A DNA stretch of 63,050 nt, counting the filler, from Porpidia crustulata (lineage: Eukaryota): the NCBI GenBank assembly GCA_964255105.1. It is 5 parts of 5 records of this genome, joined end to end, with 100 filler letters (N's around TTAATTAATTAA, not from the genome) between each part and the next. Parts side by side here need not be neighbours in the genome. Positions count along the whole stretch, not along the records: positions 1 to 12,537 come from CAXUWE010000519.1; 4 more parts are not named here. One strand, given 5' to 3'. The position numbers and the translations under genes were made by a program. A model generated the notes under the pieces. That model searched no databases. It saw nothing but the letters and a program-made list of their open reading frames with translations, and had not been told where the DNA came from. Positions 1 through 12,637 of the stretch are shown here, in pieces; position 1 is the stretch's first letter; each line of letters starts with the position of its first letter.

Positions 1-51
1 CTCAATCCACAACCCTTTTCACCCTAAGTCAGCCCATCATATATCTCAACA
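1..51 (+). mobile_element. 3' end of an LTR (same family as 12062-12211), cut by the contig start
   Basis: 51 bp identical to 12161-12211, ending TCTCAACA and followed by AT-rich sequence. Confidence 0.75.
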
Positions 52-375
52 CTTTTTTTTGATTTTTCTAATTTTTCCTGTTAACCGCAGTATTTTACAC
101 GCAGCGATAAATTTTCAGACTTTAACATTTCAGTGATCTTTTACACCTGCGGTTCGTTCTTCGGAATTAATTTTTTTTATAAACAAGATAAAGATATTAT
201 TATTTAACTTCATATTCACGGACTTTATACTTTTTATTATTAAATCTTTATAAAACTAAGATACGTAATTATCGAGATCGGAAAAACAGAGTTTGAACAA
301 TAATCTAACAATTTATTCCATCTATAGTCATCTACTCTCATTATTCATTCTATTATTTACACTCTGATATTCCCA

Positions 376-3300
376 TCAATGTCCAACCCATTTCTCAAGC
401 CAATTGGACATGAATATCTGCACGTACCCATCCTCGATGATATGGGGCGGGTGTCGCAGGATCGTGCTGTCCCGCAGCACCGCTTTGGTGTCGAATATGA
501 TACCACTAATTTCGGTGTCGTCGACACCGGCACCGTTGGGGCTGGTGCCGTTGACGCTGTTGCCGTTGACCTTGATCCAGTTTGCCTTGATCCCGTTGAC
601 CCCGGTGTCGTTGAGGCCGGTATCATGGACTTTGATCCCGTTAGCCTTGACCCCGTTAGCCTTGACCCCATTAGCCTTGACTCCATTGACCCCGGTATCA
701 TTGAGGCCAGCACCGTTGACCTTGATACCACTGGAGCCGGTATCGTCGACACTGGTGCCAAGGCTAAGGTTGTAGCGCAGTTCAAAGTGATCAAGCAGCT
801 TTACGGCCGGGTTCTGTTCCACGTTGCCGGTTAATGCGCTGTCCCGCAGGCACTGCAGCCAATCGCCATATGATACCGCCTTGAACTCGAGACCAGCTGT
901 TCGCAGTTCCTTGAGTAATTGATCCCATGAGAACGAGTGTGGGTTGCACATGTTGTAGATCACAGGCGGATTTGTGCCGTCCATAGCGCAAGGCTTTGGG
1001 GCGGACTGCACTGTCCTGTCAACTTCCAGAATCGTAGTGGCTAGCGTGTCGACTGGGATCCAAGAACAGTTTTCTTTCAGAGCAGGTAGGACTTTCATGG
1101 AAAGTGCTGACCGGATCATCAACGGAACGAACTCAGTGTCGTTCCAAAAGCCATTCTGCCTGTCCCCAACAATTTGTCCAATGCGTAGCACGTAGCTTCG
1201 CGCTCCAGCACGAGCAGCGTTCAGAACCATGTGCTCGCCCACCAATTTGGATTGGGCATAACCCATTGTCAACGCATGGCTGAAGTCATTGATAGGCGCG
1301 TCCGGGATCAGAGCCGGTTGAGGCGTATTCTCGGCTGTTGAGATCGAGGAGGCGAAATAGAGACGCGCAGGCTCAGAGCGATGCACGGCAAGTGACAGTG
1401 CCAAAAGCGTTCTCAACCCTACCAAGTGCGGTTCGAAACTCTGCAAATGGATGGAAAAGTTGACAGGCCAGGCCAAGTGGATGATAAGCGAGACCTCGGT
1501 TTTGAATTGCTCCATCATTTCTTTGCCGAGGCCAAGGTCGATTTGACCGAAATCAGCCGAGAGGGCCACGATCTTGTTCTCGCTTGAGGACTCGAGCTTG
1601 ATACCTCGCTCTCTCAAGGATTGTAGGACTCTATCCATTGGGTCTCGTCCTCGAACAAGGCAGTACACCTTTCTTATGCCGTGACTATTGACCATTTGGG
1701 CCAAAGTGTGCGCACCAAGGGATCCGGTGGCCCCGGTCAGGATCTGTTCCTCTGTCAGTAAGTGGATCTGGTAGTTTTTATTGGGTAAAAGCAAGACAAC
1801 GTACCACAGTCTCTCCAAAGCTAGAATACTTTTGAATCAGCTCTTTCATCAGCAGCGTCCTATCTCCGTTTTCTCCGCTCAGACCATGGCCCTGCGGGCT
1901 AATAGAGAATAGGTATTTCGCTAGCGCCGTGACATTTCCGTGTTCATAAACGATGTTGCTACTTAGCTGGGTGCCTTTCAGGTCTAGGGTTTTTTGGATA
2001 GTGCGTCTCATCTGAATCGCCCTCAGGCTGTCGATGCCGGCAGTGAAGAAGTCGGTGTCCACGGAGTCCAAGGCAGTCCCGGCAATATCTTCATACGTGG
2101 CCTTCAGGAATGACTCGATGCCCGCGAGATTGAGATGGAGAGTGCCTTCATGGTCGCCCTCAAGTCTGTTATACATATCGTTGATGTCATCTGCGAATTT
2201 TCGATATAATTGAGCGCGAATGATACTACCCTTGTCCGTTCTGGGGTACTCGACGTTAGACGGTAGGATGGTCACCATATCCTTGGTAATCTGCGAAAAT
2301 GATTCTGCACGTGAGTTGGCGTCTGCTATAGAAGGCCACACGGCATCAAGAAAAGCTTCTGGAGACAAGTGATCTGACGCGCTGAAGATCAGGACACCCG
2401 GGATAGCTCTGTCCACACCAACAACGACAGCTTCGCGAATAAGTTCATCTTGACGAATCCGACCCTCAATTGGAAGCGGCAGAACCTTCTCTCCATTGCT
2501 TAAGGTGACTCGATCATCAAGGCGAGTGACATACTTCCACATATCTGGAATGGTTGGGTGTGGGATAAATACGTCCTTTGAGCGCCACGAACCAGGTGCG
2601 GGATCATCTGAATTGGAGGTAGAAGGAGATAATCCTGGATGGCTCTTGAGATACACGCATTCGAATAACCCATTCCCGATCGGTTCCATATAAATGGAAT
2701 TCCTGACGTTACGGTAGATACGAACGTAATTCCAAGTGTCGTCTCCTTTGTCTCTGCGCATCGTATCGCCAAGAAGCCCAGCTTCGGTGCTGAGTCGTGT
2801 CAGTGTACATTGGCACGAAACTCCGAAAATAAGCACTACATACGTTCCAAAGACAACACCGAAATTAACATTCTCCAGGATCATACGGTCTCCAAGCTCG
2901 TCCGGAGTGCGAGCCCCAGCGGCTGTCACAATTTTGGCGCTTTTTAAGTACGCCATACCTCTTGGGTGCTCAACCAAAAGTCCCAAAGCATAAGGGACGG
3001 CGTGGAAGATTTCGGGTTGCGTCGCTTCGATGGCAGACATCAGAGTATCCGCGGTCATGGGAATAGAAGCACTGGGTAAGTTCGCCACTTTCGCCATATA
3101 CATTGCTTGGAGCGTTGTGGACAGGCCATACATGTGGTATAACGGGAGCGCGCCAAAATTGTTCATCCCCGCACCTTGCACAGGATGGGTCAATACATTC
3201 TTGTGGCTTAGGAATACCGGCTTGGGCAGCCCTGTCGATCCGGAACTGTGCATCACGAGAGCGATCTCATCAGTTTCGACATCACGATCAATTTGGCGCA

Positions 3301-3885
3301 CGAATGGCAACTCGTGCGACGGACTGACCCTGCCATATCGGGCACGAGTGGGAGCAAGCACTGTCTGTAATGACCGGCCTTGGCTTACGGCCGCAATGGT
3401 AGCAGCGATTTGCTGGCTGTCGCCGCAAGCAATGGTTTTGCAATCCGTTTGCTTAAGAAGGTTGATAATCGCCACGGGCGGTATTCGAAGGGAAAGACAG
3501 AGAACAGTGTAACCCAGACGACTGAGGGCAAAAAAGGTCACTACAAAGTCGATGTCTGATGGAGCAAGAATGCCAACAACCTCTCTCGCATTCTTAGAGT
3601 TGACGTCAGCCCACGCTCAGAAGATTCCTGGGAGAAAGCTTGGGACGGTCTTACCGGTTTCAAGCCTGAGTTGATATAGTACTTGACGGCACCATCAACG
3701 AATCGATCAAGTTGCTGACCAGTCAAATTTTCGTACTCGTTTACATTGTCTGGAATTTTTGGATAGCCTAAGATGGGAGCTGGGGGATTGTCGGCCGCAC
3801 GGTAGCGGATAATGTCGTCCAGCACCCTCAGCTCCCCAAAGGTCTCATAGAGCTGCTGCACACGTTCCTTGGTCAAGTGGGCCAT
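376..3885 (-). CDS. NRPS-like carboxylic acid reductase (A-T-R), about 4 exons
   Basis: Start MAHLTKERV at 3885. Motifs: adenylation HSSGSTGLPK and RLDDRVTLSNGEK, thiolation FFTAGIDSL, reductase ILTGATGSLG and GYAQSK. GT-AG introns near 3593-3654, 2790-2843 and 1744-1803 join the ORFs. Confidence 0.92.
508..747 (-). repeat. In-frame 15-bp tandem repeat (about 16 pentapeptides, N-G-x-x-[VAL]) in the reductase C-terminus
   Basis: Reads DDTGS SGIKV NGAGL NDTGV NGVKA NGVKA NGVKA NGIKV HDTGL NDTGV NGIKA NWIKV NGNSV NGTSP NGAGV DDTEI. Confidence 0.9.
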
Positions 3886-4338
3886 TGCAACTTGTACGAA
3901 AAGTAAGTCTGGGTTGGGCTTGACAAAGAAGAGGGACAGTTGGCGAGTTGGAGATGGCGACAGGTGATATACCAAGATGATAAATCATTGTTCAATTCTT
4001 GCCTCGAATGCTTTCGGTCATATGATGAACAATCCAATCTGAACTCCACCATTTCCATCTTGGCATGTCGACCATTGCTCGACAGGAATGCCGTCGTCAT
4101 GTTTATTCCTGTAACTCCGAGATTCTGCACTCTTTCATTGCCCCTCAGCTTTCATCCAATTCCGCACTTGATGTCTTTGGAAAATTCTACGGATCATCGT
4201 TTGCAGTTAGATACTAGCCGGAGTTTCATCCGCGACAACGCGCGACATCGCGAGAGGCCCATGGCATGTGTTGGGGGCTGCAGCTAGACAGAAGTACAGC
4301 GGGTGACAGGCAAGCAGGTGTACGTACGGTTAAACATT

Positions 4339-5025
4339 CTATATTGGAGAGTTAGCCAGGATCAATTTTTGCAAAAAAATACACCTAATTAATAGCCATT
4401 TATGCAGGCAAGCAGCCAAGGAAATTAAGATTTGAAAGTAGATAAAGATTCCTGAGCTGATGGAGGTGAGGATGAAGAAGAGGCAGAGATCAACGTCTAA
4501 TATGATTAGTAGCGGATAAAACGGATGCCGCAACGGGACGTTTTTAGAACACGCCAAACGAAATCCTACGGCAACTAGAACTAGAAGATCTTTGACTGGG
4601 CTTTCCCTGGATCTAAGCTTGGTGTCCCCTTTCGATAAGCGCGTCCTTAGGTAGGTAAGGCCATCCGGAGCAGGTTCAATATAGCTACGCTCGTACAGTG
4701 GTAATTCACCAGGATCGAATCGATATACGTCAGTACAGGAAGGATCTTCGCACTGCCTGGCAAGCAACCATCTCAATAACTCATCACCATCCCCATATGA
4801 TGATATCGGGATCCTATCAAAGCTTGAAGTAAGGTTCGAAGGGGTGATTACACCCGCATCATGGAAGTATCCGTATCTTGCATCGTGCGTTTCGGGTGGC
4901 TGCTTATTCCATCTACCATTCTTGGCGATCAGGACGTATCTCCGGTGGGAATTTGTCTTTCGAGACCAGTAGACGTCAAAGCATTCCGGCTTAGCAAGCA
5001 CGTACATACATACACACATACACAT
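4339..5025 (-). CDS. Hypothetical ORF or gene relic, no recognisable domain
   Basis: 228-codon open frame with a protein-like core (RRYVLIAKNGRW...YGYFHDAG...ELLRWLL). The start lies in a TATG/TGTG-type simple repeat and the 3' end runs into AT-rich DNA. Confidence 0.25.
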   Translation of the reverse strand: MCMCVCMYVLAKPECFDVYWSRKTNSHRRYVLIAKNGRWNKQPPETHDARYGYFHDAGVITPSNLTSSFDRIPISSYGDGDELLRWLLARQCEDPSCTDVYRFDPGELPLYERSYIEPAPDGLTYLRTRLSKGDTKLRSRESPVKDLLVLVAVGFRLACSKNVPLRHPFYPLLIILDVDLCLFFILTSISSGIFIYFQILISLAACLHKWLLIRCIFLQKLILANSPI

Positions 5026-5699
5026 AGTCAGAGCTGATGCACTTCTCCGCTGAAACCCGATTTTGACACGAATCGCAGAGTTAGCCTACAGCAATTGCCA
5101 GAATTTCGTTATCCACCTGCCCTCGGAGCCACCGGACTCTGTGACACTCTGTGTTGGCAGTTTGAGCATGAGATAACAATGTCTCCCTTATCTGATCTCA
5201 ACTTCATTTCTTTCTATCTAATTCGCACGGTTAATCAAGATCCCCATCTCTACACAATGGAATGATCTATCAGATTGGAAAAGATATCCCGACCTCTGAT
5301 CAGCTAACCTAGCATCTGTGATGAAATCGACAACAAAAGGCAACTAATTGATGATATTTCTAGCAACGTAAGGAGGATTGCTCTAATATAGAGGGCCTGA
5401 CGCTCAGCCCTAGAGTGCCCGCTTCCGGAAGATTCAGGACACAATACCCGAATTGCACCAAGATCGATCGGAGGTCGATAGCCAATGATCCCCATCCGTG
5501 TAGATCCAAGGAGGATAAATATACCATACGTCAGATAAATGTCGGTTCACTTGAATAAAGTAAAACAAACAGTTCGAAATGCTTTTTCTTCTCTCTCGGT
5601 GGCAGATCTGCTAAAGGTCTTCTGTCGGGGTGGAAATGTAAAATTCTATCGTCTATTGTGCTAAGCTATTCTAGAAAGGGTATGTATGTGCGCAGTACA

Positions 5700-6966
5700 T
5701 TATTGAGCAAGTGGCGGCGTGTCCATCAAAAGAGCACCCATCAGATGCTGAGCGACCCTTGTGCCAACCACTTCGGCGTTATCGATCGCTTTGCGCACCT
5801 GCGTATTCTCCTCCTCCGTCAACGACACATTGTAAGCTCCCAAGTTCTCCTCGAGGTATTTGATCTTCTTGGTGCCTGGGATCGGGAAAATGTCTTGGCC
5901 CTGGTTCATCATCCAGGCGAGCGTCAGCTGGCCCGAAGTGCAGTTTTTCTTGTCGGCGATTTTCTGCAACACATTCACCAGTTCTAAATTTTTGTCGAAG
6001 TTCTCCTTGTTGGAAAATCGGGGGATGGTGCGCCGGAAGTCATCCGCGCCAAAGTCGTCAATGGACTTGTACTGACCAGTGAGGATGCCTCGGCCCAACG
6101 GCGAGTAGGCCACCGTTGCGATGCCGAGCTCACGACACGTCGCAAGGAGTCTAACTTCCGGATCCTCAATATCTATAGAGAACGGACTGTACTCGATCTG
6201 ATAAGCTTGAATTTGGTGAATCTTGACGGCACGGCGCAGTGTGTCCACACCACACTCGCTGAAGCCCAAATATCTGGCTTGGCCGGATCTTTTAGAATTA
6301 GCAGGACGCAAGCGGCAACATGAAAATATGAGACATACTCGACGAACTCCTTCATAGTGGTCACAATCTCTTCAACAGGCGTCTTTCCACTAAAACGATG
6401 ACTACAATGTTCGCGGTCAACATAGCATTCCCAGTCCTAGCGCAGAGTATACCATTACCAGTACAGCAGATCAATGTAGTTTGTCTGAAGCTTCTCCAAG
6501 CTTTCAGCGACCGACTGCCGAATGTATTCTGCATCGTTGCGGATTTCGCGACCTCCTTCAGGTGTCACATGATTCCCGAATTTGGTGGTCAAGAAGATCT
6601 ACACAAACCGTAAGTATGGTGTTATTTCGATCCTACGTCCCAATCTGTTGGGAGCTTTCAAAACCCGACCTCGCTACGTTTCCCAGTTCTTTGAAACCAT
6701 TTGCCTAACAGCACTTCGCTATCGCCGTACATGGCAGCCGAATCCCAATGTCGACATCCAAGCTCATATGCTCGGTCAAGGAACTTGAATCGCTCTTCAT
6801 CCGAAGGCGGCACTCCATAAAAAGCTGGCAGTCACGCATTAGTCTTCCTCCAATCCTCGCTGTCTTTTCCTGGAAGCTTACTGCTGAGGCCCATCAAACC
6901 TAGGCCAAGGGCGGGTACCTGGGGTCCATGACGCCCCAAGGTACGAGTCGGAAGATTCGCAGGCAT
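5700..6966 (-). CDS. Aldo-keto reductase (YakC/AKR13-like), multi-exon
   Basis: N-terminus MPANLPTRTLGRHGPQVPALGLGLMGLS. Motifs YLGFSEC, QIEYSPF, VAYSPLGRG, IFPIPGTKKIKYLEENLGA. Several GT-AG introns. Confidence 0.92.
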
Positions 6967-8043
6967 GTTGTGCTTTGGGGTCTAGAGTTTTTGGTGTCTT
7001 TTCTCTTTGGGCGATAATTGTTCAAGTTCAGAGTAGAAAATCCCAATGGCCTGAATTTTATAGTTCAACGGCTGGAGTGATATAGTTCTTATCGTGGCAA
7101 CTAAGTGCTTACACAAGGCGGCAGAGGATCCGTAACTCCTTTGCTAATGTGGACTCACGGAATCTCAATGGCGCCGGTCAACCCTAATAATGCTTTGCAT
7201 AATAGTCGCAAGGCCAAAGGGATATTGTGTGCGTCGATTGAATCACTGAGCGTTACACCCAGGGTCTCGGATGGGGCAAATTAGGTATGAAATAAAAGGA
7301 CATTAAGAACGGCCTGCTGATTATAAATTCAGCTTAAATAGCTTGATCTAGAAAACCTTAGTTTTGGAATAAAAGTGGAGCAGAATCACTTTTCGTTTAT
7401 TTCATGTGTTTCGTGTACATCAAATATGGAGCAAAGTAGCTCTAGTCGGGAACAGTCAGGCTGGAACTGTGAACGCTAGTCGCGTGGTCGATCACAAAGT
7501 CAGGTCAGATCAACTCTCTGCACGTATGACGCAGTGGGTGTTGGAGCAATGCAAGGAGTAACTGGGAATAGTAAGAGGCTGCTGCGAGAGGCCCCAAGGT
7601 AAGGGACGACCTGGAAAGGAAGGAGATATGAAAGGTCGCCGCAAGAGGTAACTTGAATGAGAATAGATAGGTCGAAACGCTGCGAGAGGCCGACGAGAGA
7701 TACAGTAGCTTGAGACCGACATACGCTTCCGGAACATTGCCATTTACGACGAGCCCGAGAATCTTCACTTTGGCACCTCGCACGTTGTCACCGACCATGA
7801 GCATGTATGATCTGTACTCCGGGTTTCCGGTTCTCATCTCGCCAGACTAGAGGCTTTTGCATGATACACAGGCCCTTGGCAGAAGCATGACGCCCGTATT
7901 GGGAGATCACTGCAATAAAGTCGAAAAAATCACGTCGATTCATATAAAAAACCACTTTTACCATTCACCAGTATTCTCCCAAGGCATATCAACGTCCCTG
8001 TTGACAGTTGGATACTGGATCTTGCAATCAAACAGTTTTAACG

Positions 8044-11000
8044 ATGTCTCAAGCGTCCGGTGTACGGCATGATATTCTGCCTCCCTTTCGGCTCGAGACG
8101 GCGGTGCCTGATCGTTTGGTTCATTTGATTCCAGATGAGCTCGCAGAACAAGTTCCGGAGCACTCCATCTTTGCTTTTCCCAAAACCGGCACACCGCAAG
8201 ATGGCTTTGTGGAAGTATCCGCCAAGTGCTTTGCCAATGCGATCAACAGAACGAGTTGGTACCTAGAGACCCTTCTGGGAAAGGACCCTCAGGGGTTCCC
8301 AAGTGTTGGCTATATGGGAAGCAGTGAGATCAATCCAAGCTTAGGATTAAAGCTTGAGATAATTAATTCGATGAAGATGACATTAGATACTTCCTATTCA
8401 TGCTCGGGGCCATCAAAGCTGGGTACAAGGTTTGTCAATTCCCCAGGACTCATAGCCTTGTGTTTACATCGGCTCTAGATGCTGTTCCTCTCACCTCGAA
8501 ACAATGTTGCGGGCCATCTAAATGTTCTCGAAAAGTCCGATTGTCACATATTTCTGACAGCCAAAAACACGCACTTTGACCATGTTCTCCACCACCGGAA
8601 GATGCAGACGGCTACTGTTCCGGAGCTTGACGAATTGTTGGACGACACTCCAGTCCCAACGTACCCATATACCAAGACTTTTGAACAGGCCCGGAAGGAT
8701 CCATGTCTCGTACTCCACACCACAGGGTCAACAGGGCTGCCTAAGCCCATTATTTGGAAATTGGAGATTCTGAGCACGTACGAAGCCTGGAGAACCATTC
8801 CTTCGATAGACGGTTACATACCAACGACGGAAGTTTATCAAGAGTCCCGGAGAGCTTATAACTCAATGCCTCTGTTCCATACGAGTGGGTTGAATACCGG
8901 CATAACCATGTCGCTTCTTCTTGGCGTTACAACAGTCTTTGGGGCTGCTAGCGTTGTGACGCATGCCGCTTATGCAGACGAGATGCATAAGCTCGCTGGT
9001 GTTGATGCCTCAATAGGCCCACCATCCATATATGAGGAGTTGAGTCGCGACCCTGCATCGCTCGAGCGAATACACAACCTTCATTATGTTCTTGTATGTG
9101 GCGGTACGTGTCTATAGGCCTCTAAATCAAGCTCAACTACTAAATACTCATAGCGCCCCTATCTCAATTGTCTGGTGACGTCATCTCCAAGCAAACCAGA
9201 TTGATCTCCAATTTTGGGGCCACGGAGACAGCATGTCTACCAAGACTAGCCCCTGCGATTGAAGATTGGCAATATTACTACTGGCATCCTAGCCACTCTG
9301 GTATTGAGCTGCGAGGGTACATGGACGGTCTCTATGAGCTATTTATCGTACGAGATTCTCAATTGGATCTTTATCAGGGCATTTTCAGCACCTTTCCTCA
9401 CCTTCAGGAGTACTCTATGAGCGATCTTTACTCAAAACACCCAAATCCTGCCAAAAGTTATCTGTACAAATGGGTAGGACGAGCAGACGATGTGATCGTG
9501 CTAAGCAATGGCGAGAAACTGGCCCCTGCCCTCATGGAAGCAAGCCTTTTGAGCAGCACCTTGGTGAAAGGTGCAATGGTTGTTGGCCGTGGTAAGTTCC
9601 AACCGGCTGCGCTTCTCGACCTGGGTGTATCACCTCCCGACACTGCCAATGAGCGTCACGCAATCGTGAGGGAGCTGCTGCCAGTTATAGCCGAAGCAAA
9701 CAAGCATGCACCTGCCCACGGTCAACTTGACCAGTACCACATTTTATTCGTCGACCAAAACCGCCCAATTTACTACCTCGGTCAAGGTAAAATACAAAGG
9801 CACCAAACATATAAGCTATATGAGAAGGAAATTGAAGATGTTTATCTGGCGGCAGAGAATTTCGATGAGCAATTGGGTTTGACTCAAGGGGATATTGGTG
9901 CCTTACCCAGGATTGACTTCACTCACCGACCGAGCATCAAAAAAGGGCTGCAGGAGCTTATTGCAGAGACTGCTGACATCTACAATCTAAAAGACGACGA
10001 CGGATTTTTCGAGGCTGGCGTGGACTCCTTGGGTGTCCTTCGAATCGTTCGCGAACTCAAGATTCAAGCCAAGCTCGCCGGGGATAAGCAACTAACACCA
10101 CAATCAATTTTTCCTGGAGTGGTCTACTCGCATCCGTCTTTGAATGAACTTTCCGACTTCCTATTCAGGCAGACGCGCTTAGTGTCTCAAGAAGTTGATA
10201 GCGGGTACCAAAGCGTAGATTTGGATGAGATAAGTGACAATCCCAAGGCAAAATATATGGAATCGCTCTTGGACAAATATGTCGAGAGTCTCCCAGTCGA
10301 ACTTGAACGTCACCCACTACCAGCAGCCCAGGGCAAAACGGTACTCCTCACGGGGAGCACCGGCTCGTTAGGCTCATATCTTCTCAATGAGCTGAACAAA
10401 GATCCGAATGTGCAGCATATCATCTGTCTTGATCGTAGTTCTTCCGCTGCCGAGAAGCATATGCAGGCTGGCCCTAAGCGGGGATTGGCTCCGCTCGACC
10501 CAGAACGAGCAGAATTCTTCAATGCCGATCTGGCGGATCCACAACTGGGAGTGGGGAGCGAAGTGTACGGGCGACTGATGGACACTGTCACACACGTTAT
10601 TCGTAAGGCAACTTGCACCTTCTGTCCCTTAGGGGGGTTAGATGAGAGTGACTAATTCATAATTTTGCAGACTGCCAATGGCCAGTCAACTTCAATTGGA
10701 CACTTTCTTCGTTCGAACCGTACATCATGGGTGTGCGAAATCTCGCCATCTTGGCCGCAACTTCGGTTCACAACGCGTTTGTGCTTTTCGTGTCGAGCGT
10801 CGCGTCCGTAGGCGAATGGAAAGGCTCTAGCCAAGTTCCCGAGGCCCCAATTAATGACCTGACTGCGGCTGCTAATATGGGCTACGGCCAGTCGAAGCTC
10901 ATAGCCGAGAATCTCCTGAATAAGGCCTCCGAGATCTCTGGGGTGCGCTCTGCAATCTGCCGAGTGGGAATCGTGGCAGGCCCCGTAGAGCAAGAATTAG

Positions 11001-11660
11001 GCATGTGGAACAAACATGAATACATTCCTTCAGTGAGTACATGCCTCATCTGCATCGATATTTCTACTAACATCTTTGAAGATCATAGTTTCATCGGCCC
11101 ACCTTGGCTACTTTCCAGAAACCTTCCCTTCACGGGATCATATCGATTGGCTACCGGTCGATAAGCTTTCCAAGATCCTAGTAGAGATCATCTCGTCCGC
11201 ATCTCAGCCATCAATTAGTCAGGAAATTCCTGACGAAGAACCGTCCACCATACAAAAGTCTGACGAAGCCTCTGCCCCGCTGAACAGCAGAGCCACAGTG
11301 CGTACCAAGGTCTACCACGTTGTAAACCCCCAGGCCGCATCGTGGAGCACTGATTTCGCTGCCGACGTCTTGGCCGCATACCCAGCCGGCATCGTGCAAC
11401 CGCTCCCCTTTGAAGAATGGCTTGAGAAGCTCAAGGCAAGTGCCGAAGAGTCCGAACTCAATGAGAACGTCGATGTCGAGCGCAATCCAGCCATACGGTT
11501 AGTAGAGTTTTACTCAAACTCCGTCACCGCCGATAAGAGCCGGCGGATTTTGCCGACTACCGCATCTACGGAGGCGAGCAGGACCCTCCGAGAGCTTGGT
11601 CCCCTGAACCGTGGCTGGTTGGAGAATTGGATGGGTCAATGGGGTCTTAGAACAGGGTAA
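8044..11660 (+). CDS. NRPS-like carboxylic acid reductase (A-T-R), multi-exon
   Basis: Motifs LHTTGSTGLPK, NFGATET, GRADDVIVLSNGEK; thiolation FFEAGVDSL; reductase VLLTGSTGSLG and GYGQSK. ORFs 8008-8478, 8479-9117, 9168-10655, 10727-11164 and 11076-11660 are joined by introns. Confidence 0.92.
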
Positions 11661-11845
11661 GATGGGTAGGACATGTTTTGTGCTTCCTAGATAGTGTGTG
11701 ACGCATGATGGTTTTTTGATCTTTTAACATATAGACGCATCTAGACAAAAGCTTAGACTAGAGTTTAACTGATTTAAACGATAAAAGATTAATTAATTTT
11801 TACACTTGAATAAATCATTAACTTTAATTATAGAAACAATGTTTT

Positions 11846-12030
11846 TGTTGAACAGGCAGGGTGACTGTTGTAGTATTGCTACTGAATTACGTACAGAACT
11901 AGAAGGTTGAGTGGCCAGGTGGTCACATAAGACAGGGGTAGGGCAAAGCCCTATCACTAGATCCAATCCATCCATTCACACCGACTAGATAATGAGGAGG
12001 TTAGGCCTTCGTCCTACCGCACTTTCCAAA
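11846..12030. mobile_element. Possible degenerate solo LTR
   Basis: Starts TGTTGA and forms a GC-richer island within AT-rich DNA. The 3' end is not cleanly defined. Confidence 0.3.
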
Positions 12031-12061
12031 AAATATTATTGTTTAATTTATTATTCATTTC

Positions 12062-12211
12062 TGTTGAAAACAAAGCATCTAGGTCTACGACTAGGTGTTC
12101 GGGGTGCTTACGCTAGTAAGATCACCTGATCTCCGATATATAGACACGTAGCTAGACCGACTCAATCCACAACCCTTTTCACCCTAAGTCAGCCCATCAT
12201 ATATCTCAACA
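12062..12211 (+). mobile_element. Solo LTR, 150 bp
   Basis: TGTTGA...TCAACA inverted termini and an internal GATATATAG. Flanks ATTTC and ACTTT differ only by C/T changes, fitting a mutated 5-bp TSD. A second copy lies at 1-51. Confidence 0.7.
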
Positions 12212-12486
12212 ACTTTATTAATGATTTTAAAAAATATAAAGTCGTTCAAAATGCGACTGAACGTTTGTAATATGTCACGATTAACATTAAAATTATTGGA
12301 ATATGCGGTATCTGCTTATGTCTATATGCTCGTATAATTAGGGTTGACTGCAGTGAACTTGTGATGGATGATTTAGACTAGTGAACGATAGCGGATGCGC
12401 TAGCAGAGTTTTCCTTAAAGAAGCTCTGCCGCTCCCCTTTCTGCCTTCTTTATACTTTAGAAAATCAATCTATCGGTTCCACCAAA

Positions 12487-12537
12487 GTGTAACGGTTGTT
12501 CTAATAACAACACAAGATATAAACAGAGATAGACTAG
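12487..12537 (+). repeat. Repeat terminus at the end of contig 1; inverted copy at 12755-12805
   Basis: GTGTAACGGTTGTTCTAATAACAACACAAGATAT... matches the reverse complement of 12755-12805, with G>A differences only. Confidence 0.8.
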
Positions 12538-12637
12538 NNNNNNNNNNNNNNNNNNNNNNNNNNNNNNNNNNNNNNNNNNNNTTAATTAATTAANNNNNNN
12601 NNNNNNNNNNNNNNNNNNNNNNNNNNNNNNNNNNNNN
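12538..12637. other. Artificial contig spacer (44N-TTAATTAATTAA-44N)
   Basis: Exactly 100 bp with a six-frame stop linker; the same spacer occurs four times. Confidence 0.97.

Noticed and set aside
20..28. ACCCTAA as a telomere repeat
   Set aside because: Single unit inside an LTR, with no tandem array.
12582..12593. TTAATTAATTAA repeated four times at about 12.6-kb spacing
   Set aside because: Synthetic six-frame stop linker inside N runs, not biological periodicity.
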